A program made the position numbers and the translations under genes. Shown in pieces: positions 22,299 through 36,000 of a DNA stretch of 64,000 bases. The stretch spans positions 18,786,001 through 18,850,000 of the forward strand of contig CM097887.1 in assembly GCA_044892525.1 (NCBI GenBank), given 5' to 3'. Source of the stretch: Schmidtea polychroa. Taxonomy: Eukaryota. The notes below the pieces were generated by a model that was given only the letters and a program-made list of their open reading frames with translations, was not told where the DNA came from and did not search any database. Position 1 is the stretch's first letter; each line of letters starts with the position of its first letter.

Positions 22299-23286
22299 TT
22301 GATTTAGATATTTTCTTTTTTCGGTGATACTTTTGTTTTTTCTGTATTAAAATATTTCTTTTGCAACTGCTTGTGCGTAACAATTTATTATTTTGTTTTA
22401 TTTATGTTTAATTGGTGTTTTTATGTTGAGCGGCTTCGCATTAGCCTATTATTTATAATTACTATAAATGTAATTTTAATCAATATTTTACTCGGGTTCC
22501 CCTCGCAAGATGTCGTTCATTAGTTACATAATTCAACCCAACATATGCTTTTCAAATAATCCGTGAAGGATGGACACCGAGAGACTTATGGAGCATCATT
22601 TATCAACACTCATAAAGCTTGTTTTATGACAGATCCAATCACAAAATTTTATTCTATACTAAAAAATCTCAAAAATATTATCACATCTCTTAATTTCAAA
22701 ATACCCACAATAAAGGTTTAATTTGTTTCTAGGTCACCCCAAATTAACTCATTTAAATTGTAATAACACACTTAGTGTGACACTACAAAAACATCCATCT
22801 AAAATCGCACTAATTTCCGTATATTGTATTGTCCATTTAACATTTCTGAATCATTAAACAAATATTACAATGCCACATTGTAGTGGTTAGAAATTTGCTT
22901 GCCAAACATATTTATGATGGAAAATTTCACCACAAATGTTTTCTTATAATGATCTGATTTCAACACATTAACATTTCAATATAGGCTAAGCATTTGATAA
23001 TTTAAAAAAAATCTTTAATTGGAATGTTAAAACAAAGTCGAAATAAATGAAATTAACTACGTAATGACATTAATAAATATTTAATATTTCTATTTTTAAA
23101 ATAATGCAATTTGTAAATTTAAAATTGTATTTACCAAAACTGTTTGCTACATAAACCGCCAAAAATTTTAAATAATTTTTAAACAAATTTTGATTTCATT
23201 GTTAACAGTATAATTAATCATCCAAATAAAATTTAAAATAGCACCATAAAATAAAACTTTATTTTATTAAATAACACATTTTATCA

Positions 23287-23849
23287 TTACTCCTTAAGCG
23301 TAAGCTTATCATATAAGTAGGTTCCAACTCCTGGTCCGTTTCGACGAATATTTGTTAGATGATCAGCTATTTCTTTCATTGAATCTACTTGTTCTTCCAA
23401 AAAGTCTTCCAGGTAATCAGTCATTTGTGGATCATTGTGTGTCTCAGCTATTTTGTGCAAATTAAGCAATGACTAATACAAATTGCTCATTAAGTAAAAA
23501 ACTATAAGTGATTTTGAAGTCATACTTGATTAACTTCTTTTTCAAGAGTTAGCGCAGTCTCAAAAGCTGTTTCCGGAGTCCATTCAACAATTGAAGGTTT
23601 GGCAATATCTTTAAAAACAATTCTACCACCTCGTTTATTTTGGTATTTCATCAAATTTTCAGCATGTTCTCTTTCTTCTAGTGATTGTTTGTGAAAAAAA
23701 TGACTAAAACCTTGAAGAGCCACATCATCTCGATTAAAATAAAAACTCATAGCTTGGTACACATAACTTGCATGAAGTTCTTTGTTAATTTGTTCATTAA
23801 TACCTAGTTCAGATTCAGAGTGAAAATTCTGTCGCACTTGAGAATTCAT
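23287..23849 (-). CDS. FTH: Cytosolic H-type ferritin, 169 aa, two exons (23526-23849, 23287-23472)
   Basis: Ferroxidase residues are present (KELHASY, EEREH, LEKEVNQ, LEEQ). A 53-nt GT..AG intron at 23473-23525 joins NQ|SLLNLH in frame. No signal peptide. Confidence 0.97.
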
Positions 23850-24702
23850 GATTTATGAAATTACTTAAATTTCAACTTACAGTTGCTTAAATACTTTGTG
23901 TGTGTGTCTAAGTACTGTATGTGTGCAATGAATGTGATTGCATAATTTTCTCACACACACTTACAAAAAATCACATTGCACGTATGTAACTTAAATTTAT
24001 AAATTCTATTTGTAAAATTTAAATTTTAAGATTTTGTATTTTATTTATTTGAATTTTTTAATATCCAAATTAATGTTAACATTTTTCTAATTTATTTGAG
24101 AGAATTTGACTTAAGTAAAGCTGAAGTTGCAAAATATTAAAAATATCAAAAATATTTTATATCGGCCGAAATTATAAAAAAAATAGTCGTGAATAAATGA
24201 AAATTTATATAGCAATTATGTAATTTAAACAATACAATTTTGAAAATATTTAATATTTTTTGATTAATTTTTATAATTAGAATTTCATTATTTAATTTTG
24301 TAAGTCGTTTTTACAAATTGTAGTTGTTATGTTTACGAGAATAATCCTAGCAGTTATTTCTTTGTATACTTCAGGTCGTCCTTCGGGTATCATTCTGAAC
24401 TCTAGTTATCCTATATCACACACTATGGTAATTTATGAAACCTTATCAAGTGGTTCAATAATGTATGTGTTACTTTTCGAATGCACATCTGAACTCCATT
24501 TCAAATTTGTATGAGATTTGACCGTGTCAATTTTTCGAATAAAAGTCATTTACAAAAAGAGTTACTGTGCAATTTGTCTAGAATTCGAAATGGAAAATAA
24601 GTCAATTAAGAAAGTATTGCGTGTCTAAAAGTGTCAGAAACAGAAAAATTAGAAATATTTTGCTTTTCAATAAAATTAATTTTAAATTCTTATAAATACA
24701 TT

Positions 24703-25618
24703 TGTTGAGGTTTTGAAATTGAATGGCGGTCAAGCAGGGAAGCAATGGCAAAGAAAGATATGATAAAAACATAACTATAAAAGGGTACAATCAGACATGA
24801 AATGGAAAAATGCTCAAACCTGAGGAAGTGGAATAAAATGAAAAGTTATCGAAATTGAAGCTGGAAAATGGGAGAGGGGTAGATTAGTGTATGGTGAAGA
24901 AGACAGTGATCAAGAAATTGCTAGAAAATGTTTAGAAGGGGTCGTAAAACAGGCAGATAAAAAACCCAAAATATTAATTAATTAATTAATTGGCTAATGG
25001 AAAACCCGAGCTAATGGGAAGCCCGAGCCAATGGAAAAGCCGAGCGCGGCAATTTGGGAGGATAAACAAATGGGGAAGTCAGAGAGCAATTATCCAAACA
25101 GCCGGATAAACGAGGGTAAACAAAAGAAGGGGAATCAGGAAGAGGGTCAACAGAAATAGCTAATTAGGGAATGATAACTAAGGAAGTCAAAACCAATTAG
25201 GTCAAAAATAGGGCAATTACAACGATTATGGGAATATATAAGGAAACTCCAAATTCACATAATTGGCAATAGCCTTAGGTAGGGAAGAAGAAACCGACAT
25301 TAGAAGTTAAAGGAATAGAATAAAAGAAGAAAAAGAATTATAGGAAAAACTGAAGAGTTAGACAAGGAGCGTTAAAAAAGATTGGATCAGAGAGTGGAAC
25401 TAAATCAAAAAGTGAAACTTAATTTTTTAATCGTACAAGGTTGAGACCTTCCAGAGCAGAGTCCGATCTGAAATTGTGTGAGAATCAGCTGTGTAATTAA
25501 TTGTGAGAGTTAAAAATTTTTATAAAACAAATATACGTTGGGAGTTTGTGTTTATTGATTTTGGAACACGTGGAGTCAGAGTAACCAACGGTTGATTTTG
25601 ATATCATAAAACCCAACA
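24703..25618 (+). mobile_element. Solo LTR (916 bp)
   Basis: TGTTGAGG...ACCCAACA termini and perfect 4-bp TSD CATT. Homologous to 50801-51839. Confidence 0.92.
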
Positions 25619-25923
25619 CATTTATTTTCCATCGAACAAAAGCATAAAATACATTTACGATTTTGGAAGAAAACAAAGAAGATCAGAAACTGAGGTAACA
25701 ATCATGGAGAGCACTAACAAACGCCTGCTACGGTATAAGAATAAGAATCACCGAGTTTGGGAATCGATTATGAAGTTGACTTCCCTTGATTTTTATTTAT
25801 TTTATAATTTCCGAAAACAGAGTTGTATACTTGAGTTCTCTAACTTGTATAAGAAACACGAAAGATGATACTTTGATTCAGAAATGTGTTGAAGTTACTC
25901 CACAAAATTAAGATGATTATTGG

Positions 25924-26309
25924 CAGTGGTGAGCTATGCATGTCCCGCGGGGGCTTGGCAGAGCCCCTTGTTAACTTTTTAAAAATTTTGCGAGCCCCTT
26001 ATTGTTCTTTCAACTGTGATTTTGCGCTTCACTTCAAATTAAAGTTTCTATTGTTTTAGTAGGAAAGCATAAAATATAGAACTTTTTTTTTCTAAAATCA
26101 AAATATAGAAACTTTTTTTAATATAAATAATTTTAAAGATTATTTAAAATTTTCGATTTTTTACGATATGTGATATCATTTTTATGGTTGCTGATTTTGC
26201 AGAGGTGTTTGGAAATTATTCGACGTAAATAATGTTTTCGGCAGAGCCCTTTGTTAACTTTTTAAAAATTTTGCGAGCCCTTTGTTGTTTTCTTCAAAAC
26301 TTACCACTG
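25924..26309. mobile_element. hAT MITE with an internal ~42-bp direct repeat
   Basis: TIR CAGTGGT(G/A)AG / CTTACCACTG and perfect 8-bp TSD ATTATTGG. GGCAGAGCCC.TTGTTAACTTTTTAAAAATTTTGCGAGCCC occurs twice. Confidence 0.9.
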
Positions 26310-26622
26310 ATTATTGGTCGAATTTCCATGCAAAGAAGTTATGAAAAAATGCAACAATTTAAGAGAAAGAATCAGAAAGAATACTTATATAATGATAAGG
26401 AAAGAATTTCCTTAAAATGACTTAAGGATTAGCGAAAGAAAAAGAAAATAAAGTTAATAAGTAGTCTGATTGTTTTAATCAATTAATAGAATGTGTGAAA
26501 CTATTAGTGCACTGAGTGACAAATTATAAGTTTATGTGTCTACAAATAAAATAATTTTTAAAAAAATAAATAAATTTAATTTATCTAAAATAAAATGATA
26601 CATGGAATTGTCCGAATATTGT

Positions 26623-26809
26623 TCAAATGTTATTAAGATTTGTTGAGTCGATCTTGATGTCTCGTGGTTCGGGATCAACTGGTGACTTTAATTTGTTGTT
26701 CTCTGCGAAGATGTTGAATCGAAATTTCCCAGGCTCCGTCTTATAATATTTGGTCAGGACGAATGTTTCGATGGGTCTACCCTCATCGTCCAACACAAGA
26801 TCAATATTT
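26623..26809 (-). CDS. Candidate terminal coding exon of an unidentified gene
   Basis: A polypyrimidine tract and AG precede an open frame NIDLVLDDEGRPIETFVLTKYYKTEPGKFRFNIFAENNKLKSPVDPEPRDIKIDSTNLNNI*. Upstream exons were not identified. Confidence 0.4.
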
Positions 26810-26988
26810 CTTTGAAGAGAGTAAAAACGAAAAAATGTATTAAAACAAGAAATTATGAATTAATTAATTAGGAAAAGAGATTTCCTATAAATCCTATATA
26901 TACTAATAAAACCCATAATATAGACATTTATTGAGTTTTTGTAAATTTTTATTTCTGTACTTTTCACATTTAATTATTCACTTTTCTG

Positions 26989-27060
<72 letters not shown>
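26989..27060. repeat. (TA)n microsatellite
   Basis: Direct reading. Confidence 0.95.
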
Positions 27061-27063
<3 letters not shown>

Positions 27064-29134
27064 GTTATTAATTCTGTCTTTGATAACATTTGATATATTT
27101 TTTATAGTTGTTACAAAAATACATTTATCCTTTCGATGTTTAGATAAGTTTATGTAGGATAAATGTAATAGTGACTGATAAAAATGTTGGATTTACTGTT
27201 GGTTCTACCAGAGTGACCACAAGTTCATGAGAATTAAAAATGAAAACGATAAAAACTTTTACTATAACTATCTCACAAAAATGAATATCTGAATTTGTAA
27301 AGCCATTATTGAGCAACATTTAGTTTGCCAAATAGATAATAAATACCTCAATTTGAAAGTAAGAGATATCATATTGGAATTTATAAATAGATATTAATTT
27401 TATTGTTTTTATTTGGTCATACTTTATATCAACTAAAAGTGTATTTAAGCGTTTTTGGAAAATAATTTGCCGAAATAAATGTTAAAAATCTTTTATCGGT
27501 TTTAACGAGCCCTCGTTAAGTTCAAGTTTAGCAGTCATTGAAACACTGATCACCCTTGCTTAATTACCCAAGACGTGTGGCTCCAGACAAATGTAGGTCT
27601 GAAATGGGTGCCTCATACCTAGAATAGTAGTTTATGTAAGTGAGTAGGTATATGAATGTGTTAAGTTATTAACAGCTCAAATTCAGGAGCTAAAACGAAG
27701 TAATGAAACATAGTTGCAAAAATTCATCTATATGTTGCATAAAGGTCAATTTGAAAACTCATCTATAATAGACAAATATCTTCGAAAAGGAATAGATTTC
27801 GTATGAAAATTTGATTAAGATAAACCATCAATCTTTTGACAATCAGTGGACCACTGTTGAACATTTTATATTCAAGGAATGATTTTCGAATGATAACCAG
27901 AGTATTCAATGATTATTGTGATTGAACATTTTTTATGATAATTTTTGGAAAAGGATGATCTAATAAACTTTCATCATTAAATAATTTGTATTACTTGATA
28001 TATTATCAGGGGTTTGTAGTTCAATTTGGTGGGTTTGCATGTGTATATTTTCATGATGCAATAAAATTAATTGAAAAACTCTGGCTCAACTATAAGTACA
28101 AACTATTAGTAACATTTGAAATATCAAGAATTAATTCAAGGTTTTGATAAATTTACTTGAAAATATTTCCACAGTAATTTGGTTAAAAATTTTATAAGTT
28201 CTTATTTTTTATGGAAAGTAAATTTTATTAATTATATTATTTGTGTTGAAATAAGCTAAAAATTATTTGTTGTTTAATAGTAATATTTAAAACAATTAAT
28301 TTGAAAAATAATTTAAAATGGCGTTGTTCTTGTGTTTAACAGTTCTGTGAGATTATGTTTATTTTCAAAAACATTTTGACTTCATGTTTGTCCTTAGAAG
28401 ATCAAAGCAAGTTGATTAGATTTTCTAATGTAAGTTTTTATTATTTATTTACGTAAGTGATTGCTTATGGTACTGAAATTAGAACCATTTAAACTGAATT
28501 ACATAAATTGTTGAACTTGAAAGGGGTCTTTATAAATGAAATTTTAAACTGTTTTCATCTATTGAATAAATTATTAATATTTTGTTATATATAACATTTT
28601 AATATTTATTTTATTTATTTGATTCATTCTTTGAATATAAATTATTCTTTATCTTGTTTTAAATATAGCATTGATATTGCTTAATATTCTCTGAGTATGC
28701 TATATATTAAATATTAGTGGTGCATATGCTTGGTATCCGACTTAACAATGGCATTTCGTTTTCCGTTGAAAGGCTAATTATAAAACATGGATTTGTATAG
28801 TCCATCTTAACTCTTGAGAATTCTCCAAAGCCAGATAAATATACACCAAACTTACTAATGAAAAATATTTATTATACATTCAAACATTCATAATAATCAT
28901 TATTTCAATGCACTTAAACTTCATTTCAAAAATAATGTTTGATGCTTTTAATACTCGGTATAATGTAAGGCGGTAATAGGGCTGGTAGTTCCGTTATGTA
29001 CAATTTATGGGGAGATGAGCTTTTCTCACATGATCAACTTCATTATATAACAGTCAGTGATGAGAATATTAATTAAAATTATAAATAAATTAATTGAGGA
29101 TAAAACGTCAAAGAGGGACATTTTTAATGTCAAT

Positions 29135-29898
29135 TGTTAATTAAAAAAAGAAATTTTTTTTGTTTAAAAATTGAGAAAAATTTCGTTGAGTTTTGAAGGA
29201 CTTTCATTTGAATGAACACATTTGAACACGTGCACACGTTGATTGACTGATGTGGAAGAGGAAGTTACAGAATCTTTCTTATATGGGGTGGACAAATGCT
29301 CTCGAAGCTGATCATTAATATCTGCACACATCTTTAATTCGGCTTGAAATTGTATCTGCTGAGAAGGAAATCAATTTCATATGTGCAACGGTTGAGCACA
29401 TGCTGAGTGAAATGTCAGACGGCTGGCCGAATCATCTCACTCTGAGCAACCTCTCGGGCCACCCCAAAGATTTCGATGTGGACGCTCTATTAGCCGAAGT
29501 CGAGAGGTACGGGTGGTGACAATCTCGGTCTCTCTGAGGAGATTTTGTTCTTTGATCTTTGCGAACTTTTCTAATGCAGCTTCGTGTGTAAATATCGAAA
29601 TTAAAATGTTCTTGTGTTGTTGTTTTCTTCTAGAATCAGGTTTTCATTAGAATATAGCCAACGTAAATCAATACTCACCCAACAGTAGTAGATAAATACG
29701 ACGTAAGACCTATGGGACGCCTAGAACCCGTCAGAAATATTATGTTGGAGTAGTGTTAAGATAGGCGATTACCTGTCCTGTTATTTTTCACCGACGTTGA
29801 GCAGTACAAACCTGATCATGGCCAGGGGCTCTCTGTATAAGTCATGTGCGCCTACAGACTGAGACCATTGGTCAATTTTTACAATCCAAGCGCCAACA
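29135..29898 (+). mobile_element. Solo LTR (764 bp) with ORF remnant
   Basis: TGTT...AACA termini and perfect 4-bp TSD CAAT. The internal frame ends ...KDFDVDALLAEVERYGW* (TGA about 29516-29518). Confidence 0.8.
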
Positions 29899-32687
29899 CA
29901 ATAAAAACTAAGAAGCTTGGAATTAGCCAGTTAAAATTTTTGAACCCATTTGGAATAAGTATCATCACCTTAAGTTATATATATATAATGGAACTTGGTT
30001 AATTGAAAATATACTTAATAAAGGTTATAGAGCTACAGTTAGTCGTATAAACACCTCATTTATAAATTCAATTATAAATTCAAATCCAATATAATCAACC
30101 TGCTCATAATAATGCCGCAAAATCTGCAAATGAGACTCCATTATAACTTACAGGTAATGTTACAATGGGGATTGTAAGGATTATTATAACCATCTCAACT
30201 CAACCCTAAGAATATGTCACCAATATCATAGGAAGTGACGAAATAAAGGTTAACTCGCCAGGCAGTCAGTGGGTAACGAATTGGGCTTTAGTTCGCATTA
30301 TAATCCAATAGCCGGGTATATTATCGTCCCTGAAAATAAGTTGAGGTGGCACAGAACGAATCCTTATCGATTTAATTGATGATAAAAACGTGTTGATCAA
30401 CATAGTATGATATGCAATGATAAAATTGCCAAATGATCCGTGAGGATTGAACCATTTCAACCGACCTTGACCAGTGGGACTAGTTGGAACCTACGCTGTA
30501 AAGCCGGGAGCTACCAACTAGCCGTCACAGTCAAGATCGTTTCTGACGGTATTATAGAATCACATTTCCTAAAAATACCTAAAACTTAGTAAAAAGATGA
30601 TTAAATTAATAAATCTTATCCATTATGTGGATGAAGATGGAAACATAATATAATATAAAATATAAATATAAATAGCACCTACTAATAAATGAGTCAATTT
30701 AAACAATTATGAAATAAAATAAAATCATAAAATAGTTAAATAGTTCCAATAAAATAGTTAATTATAAGTAGTATAGCGTTTAAAAACTCGGTTTCGGTAG
30801 AAAACAAATTTGAAAATAATTTGTAAAATTAAAAAAAAATGATTAATCGGAAACTTTCCTTAAAAACTGATAGGCAGGGTGAATAGAATGGGGATGTTGA
30901 ATTAACTTAGATGTGAAAATAAATGACAATATGACAATACCTGATCAAATGAATGTAACTTGCAATAGATAGATAACGTAAAGTAAATATGGAGCTAGTG
31001 CATCAAACGAATCGATCAAAAGGCAAGTAGCAATGCGAGTGTGTATGTGAATGTTTGGTAAGCAAGGATATTTGGAGACCGTCACACACTAGCAAAAATT
31101 CGTCCATAAATTAGATGACTAACAACTGGCTCACGCTATCGCACACCGATTTAAAATACGGTACCTAAATTATCATCGATTTTCATTAAGCCAAAAAATG
31201 TCGATTCGCAAACAATGACATGAAGATTCAGGAGTCGGACAATCTTCTGCGAGTCGTTATTGAGCAGCCCAGATCGAGAGGGAAGAGGCTCAAACTCCAG
31301 CGAGCCCATTCCAAAGCGCTAGTGGCTATGGACCCGAATTCAAGCTTGGATTGACGGGTTCCGGATCAAACCCGACCGACAATCCAGAACGACTATGTAA
31401 TCCAGAGTGCCAGAAGACGATGAACATCCCATGATCGTTCTCAAGAGGGATTCTACCACGAATCCAGTCAGGATAGCACGGATCCAGTATTTTTGTTATT
31501 ATTTTTAAAACAATTTATTAAAAGATTTAATAAAAATAAATAAATATTGATTCATTTCTATTAATTATTAATTGTCACCATGTTTATAAATATGTCCATA
31601 TTTGTTTAGCTTTGGAGTCGGAGTCGTACTCTGAAAATTTCAACTTTTTTACGATTCCACACTCCTGATTTGTAACTATTTTCAATATTTTATAGTTATA
31701 GATTCAAATTTTATAATGATAATGTATATTTTTATAATTATTATAACACTAATAGCTTAATAATGATTTTATAATGATAATATTTAATGACCGTGCATCT
31801 GTTTTCATCAATTTTTTTATGAAAGTAATGAATAGTTATTTCATTATATATATATCATGTATCAATTTTTTTCCAATGACACGATCAAACTCCATTTTAA
31901 AAAACATCAAAAATCTTCCTCGTACACCAAATTCTATTCTTCCAGAAACATAAATCAATTCAAATTTCTCGCGTCTGTCTGCGCACATCCATATTACCAT
32001 AATTCTGCACACTAAAACCACGCCAAATCGGCGGAAACGTACACCCACACACAATAATAAATGCAAAATAAATGCATTTATAAATGCCTCATTTTATTAA
32101 TAATGATATTTTAAAATTATTGTGCTTCATCAATAGGCCACATTCATCAATGACATAATGATTACTAAATATTGTCGTCATAATTTTAATGTCCTAAATG
32201 CAAAACCTACCAAAAAGTTGAATATTAAAAAAAACATCAAAATCCATTTAAATCAATATAAAAAATAAAATAAAAAAGGTAAAAAATAATAATATTTAAT
32301 ATGAATAATAAAAATATAACAAAAAATATTAAAAAAAATAATAGAAAACCTGATTTTAATTTAAATAATATATAAAATAAAATTATTAAATTAGAATTGA
32401 AATAAGTGATGATGACTGTGTGGATATTGGAAATAAATCAGATTGGTTGATCTTTAGAGAACAAACAATTTATAGAATTTGATTTAAATTGCGCTATTAA
32501 ATCTATAATATCGATTGCAATTTAGTTAAAAATATATTTTTATTCTAAAACAAATAAAAAAATAATTTATTTAGAAAACATTTAATAAATTACACTGAAG
32601 AAATAACATTTGTATTATTTTCACAACATCTTTAGTTGGTTACTCGGTTATTGCGTACAGGATTTAATTTATGAATTGATTACTTAA

Positions 32688-32992
32688 TCCTTTCGCCATG
32701 GGAACCGTACGAAGCCGTAAAATAATTTTGTGTCTCACATACGAGAGCCGGATAAATACGCAAGCAGAATTTTAGTATTTGCTACTGGAACCAAACGAAT
32801 CCGATGTATTCTAATTATGATACAGACTAATAAAATTGCTATAAACATGTCAAATATTGATTTACGAGTAGTTATTATTTTTGTCTAAGACTACGGAAAA
32901 CGTACCGATCCGCTGGCATGTTTCATCTTATTCATCAACGTTTATGCCGTACTGAGACACAAATTATGCAAAAGCGGCCCGTAGCGAAAGGA
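32688..32992. mobile_element. piggyBac-type MITE (305 bp)
   Basis: TTAA on both sides, TIR TCCTTTCGC(C/T)A.GGG, and subterminal inverted ATAATTT(T)GTGTCTCA. Confidence 0.85.
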
Positions 32993-33029
32993 TTAATGAA
33001 TATTAATTGTAACTCAATTTATATCGAAG

Positions 33030-36000
33030 AAATTGTTCATATGCATTACGAAACAAATAAATGGGAAAGTGAAATCACGGTTAACTAATAACAAGAGAGA
33101 TATTGATTCTAGTTCGAGTAATGGAAGTGGATATGGGGATAATGACAATGACAAACCAAAAGTACCTCCCATGTATTATTATAAAAATAATAAAACGAAA
33201 AATGATATAAAGCAAAAATCTAAATCTGAGTTTATTACATACAGCACCACAGACAAGTGGAACAGACAATTTCAGTCGATTATGTATTCCAAAGACTTTC
33301 CTTCCAACAGCACCAATATATCCAGTGGAAAAACTAAAGGAAATGAGACCAATTGAGAATTTTGAATTAGCAAATGAGTAAATTGTACCAACGAGTGCAG
33401 AAATTGAAAGGAGAAACATGCTGGGATTACCAGGAAATTATGCGTTAATGACAAAGGCAGGCAACCAAGAATATGGGTACAAGTAAATAAACATAGAGTT
33501 GAAGCATTATTAGATTCAGGTTCAAGTAATACGATATTATCAGACGAAGGGTTGAATTCAGATGAGAAAGCACAAATGAGAAGTACAGAAAGTGGTACGA
33601 TCAATGACGAAAAACAAACTAAATATTATTAGGCAGATTAGAGTCAAGTTCAATATTGGAAATCAGGAAATTGCTCATGATGCTCTAATAATGCAAAATT
33701 ATCCAGTGGAATGTTTAGTGGGTATGATGTTTTGGCACAACTAGGAGTTTGTCTTGATTTAAAAACCGGAAATTTGATTATGGGAGAAACGGGAAAAGCC
33801 ATCCATGAAACAGGAGATGTGTTTCTAAACCAAACATTAAGAGTTCCACCTCAAAGTGAAGTTATTTGTTATGTAAATACAATAGGAGTTCCAGACGATG
33901 AATTTATGTTTCAACCAAGTGAGAAAAGATACATATCCAATTCTTCAGGAAATGTTCGACAAAATGGGAGAAGCGCAATATTTTACTGTTATTGATCTAA
34001 ATAAAGGTTATAATCAATTCAAAGTTAAAGAATCAGATAAAGGAAAAACTGCATTCTCAGATGGAAAATGTTTGTATGAATTTAATGTTTTACCATTTGG
34101 TTTAACAGGTGCGCCAGCAACATTTTAAAGACGAATGAATTTTGTACTGAGAGATATTCCACGCGCCTTAGTGTACATAGATGATATTATAATATTTTCA
34201 AGTGATTTCGAGGAGCATATGAGAGATGTGGAAACAGTGTTTAAACGGCTCAGAGAAGAAAATCTAAAAATCAAACCATCAAAATGTGAATGGGGGTAAG
34301 TCAGAAGTAGTGAATGTCAGACATATTATTTCACGGAGAGGTATACAACCGAATCCAGACAATGTTAAGAATATCAAAGATTATCCTATTCCAAAAAGTG
34401 TTGAGGATGTCAGACAGTTTCTCGGATTAGCAAGCTATTATAGAAAATTTATTAGAAACTTTGCACATGTTGCTCAACCATTAACAATGTTATTAAAGAA
34501 AACTATTAAATTTATGTGGAATAAAGCTCAGCAAGATGCTTTTGATATTCTCAAACAAAAATTGTTAAGTAATTCAATATTGCGATACCCAGATTTTACA
34601 AAGATGTTCATATTAATGACAGATGCAAGTGGTTTTGCATTAGGAGCTAAAAGTGGAAGAAGAAAAAGATCATGTCATTGCATATGCTAGCCGATCACTG
34701 AGATCCCATGAGAAAAGTTACTCAACAATCGAAAAGAAATTTGAGCTTTAGTATATGGGATAACAACATTTCGACAATATCTAGTAGGTCGAAAATTCAT
34801 TGTTTACACACACCATAATCCGTTACAATGGTTGATGAAACATCGAGATGCAGCAAGCAAGTTGATAAGGTGGTAAAATATCGAACAGGAAAATCAAATG
34901 GTAATGCAGATGCATTGTCAAGGATTTCAAATGAGGAAATTAATGTTGACCAGGAAGAAATAAATTTGAGAGATACGGTATTTGCAGTAATTAAAGGAAA
35001 TGGATGATAAGCTAAAACAAATAATCAAACATACCGTAATAATAAAAAGGGACAGTGAATTAAAACAATTAATTGAGGAAAAGCATAAATATGTCATATA
35101 CAAAGGCATATTAAAGTATATTAAAGGCTATGAATTATCAATAGTGGTTCCAACTAAACATCGAAATACGTTATTGTTACAATATCATGATGGAGCATTG
35201 GGTGGACATTTATCAGCAAGAAAAACAATGTCACGATTAAAACTGAAGTATTTTTGGAATACAATGGACCAGGATGTAAAGAATTGATGTAATACGTGCA
35301 AAATTTGTTTAACTCGAAAGAATACGGGAAAGAAAATAAAGGTACCATTGAAACTAATGCCAATACCAGCAGCGCCAATGGAATGTTCAGTAATGGATAT
35401 TATCGGGCCTTTACCCGAAACTACAAATGGAAATAAAAATATATTGTTGTATTTTGTGATTATTTAACAAAATGGCCAGAGAGGTACGCAATGCCAAATC
35501 AGAAAGCAGAAACAGCTGCTCAAATATTTGTCGAAAAGATTATATTTAGATATGGTCCTCCAAGGAAATTGTTAACAGATCAAGGAACAAATTTTCAAAG
35601 TGATTTATTTAAATCTATTACCGAATTATTTGGTATTTATAAATTAAATACATCACCATATCACCCGCAGACAAATGGGCTAGTAGAAAGATTTAATGGT
35701 ACTCTAATCAATATGATCTCATCGTATGGAAACAAAAGGATTAGGACTTATTTATCAAACCATGTCTGTTTGCCTATCGACATGCAGTTAACGAGAGCAC
35801 TGGCGAAACATCTTTTTATTTAATGTATTTGAGACGAAACAACATGCCAATTGATTTAGAACTTCAACCCCCAACTTCATAATACTTAGACGTTCCAAAC
35901 TACAAGGTGATAATGCAAGAACGATTGCAGTCTGCATGGACTCCTGCGGGGTTAAAAAGTAAAGTATCGTCAAGAACAATATAAAGAAAGCTATGACAAA

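Noticed and set aside
25700-25760. RALTNACYG resembling the PolB KxxxNSxYG motif
   Set aside because: Too short and degenerate, with no flanking polymerase motifs.
28343-28429. 87-nt AG/GT-bounded exon FCEIMFIFKNILTSCLSLEDQSKLIRFSN resembling a nuclear-receptor ligand-binding helix 3-4
   Set aside because: Only LSLEDQ matches, spacing is off by one, and no other receptor exons were found.
31200-31490. GC-richer island with partial frames
   Set aside because: No frame is convincingly conserved and no termini were found. It is likely a TE fragment but unsupported.
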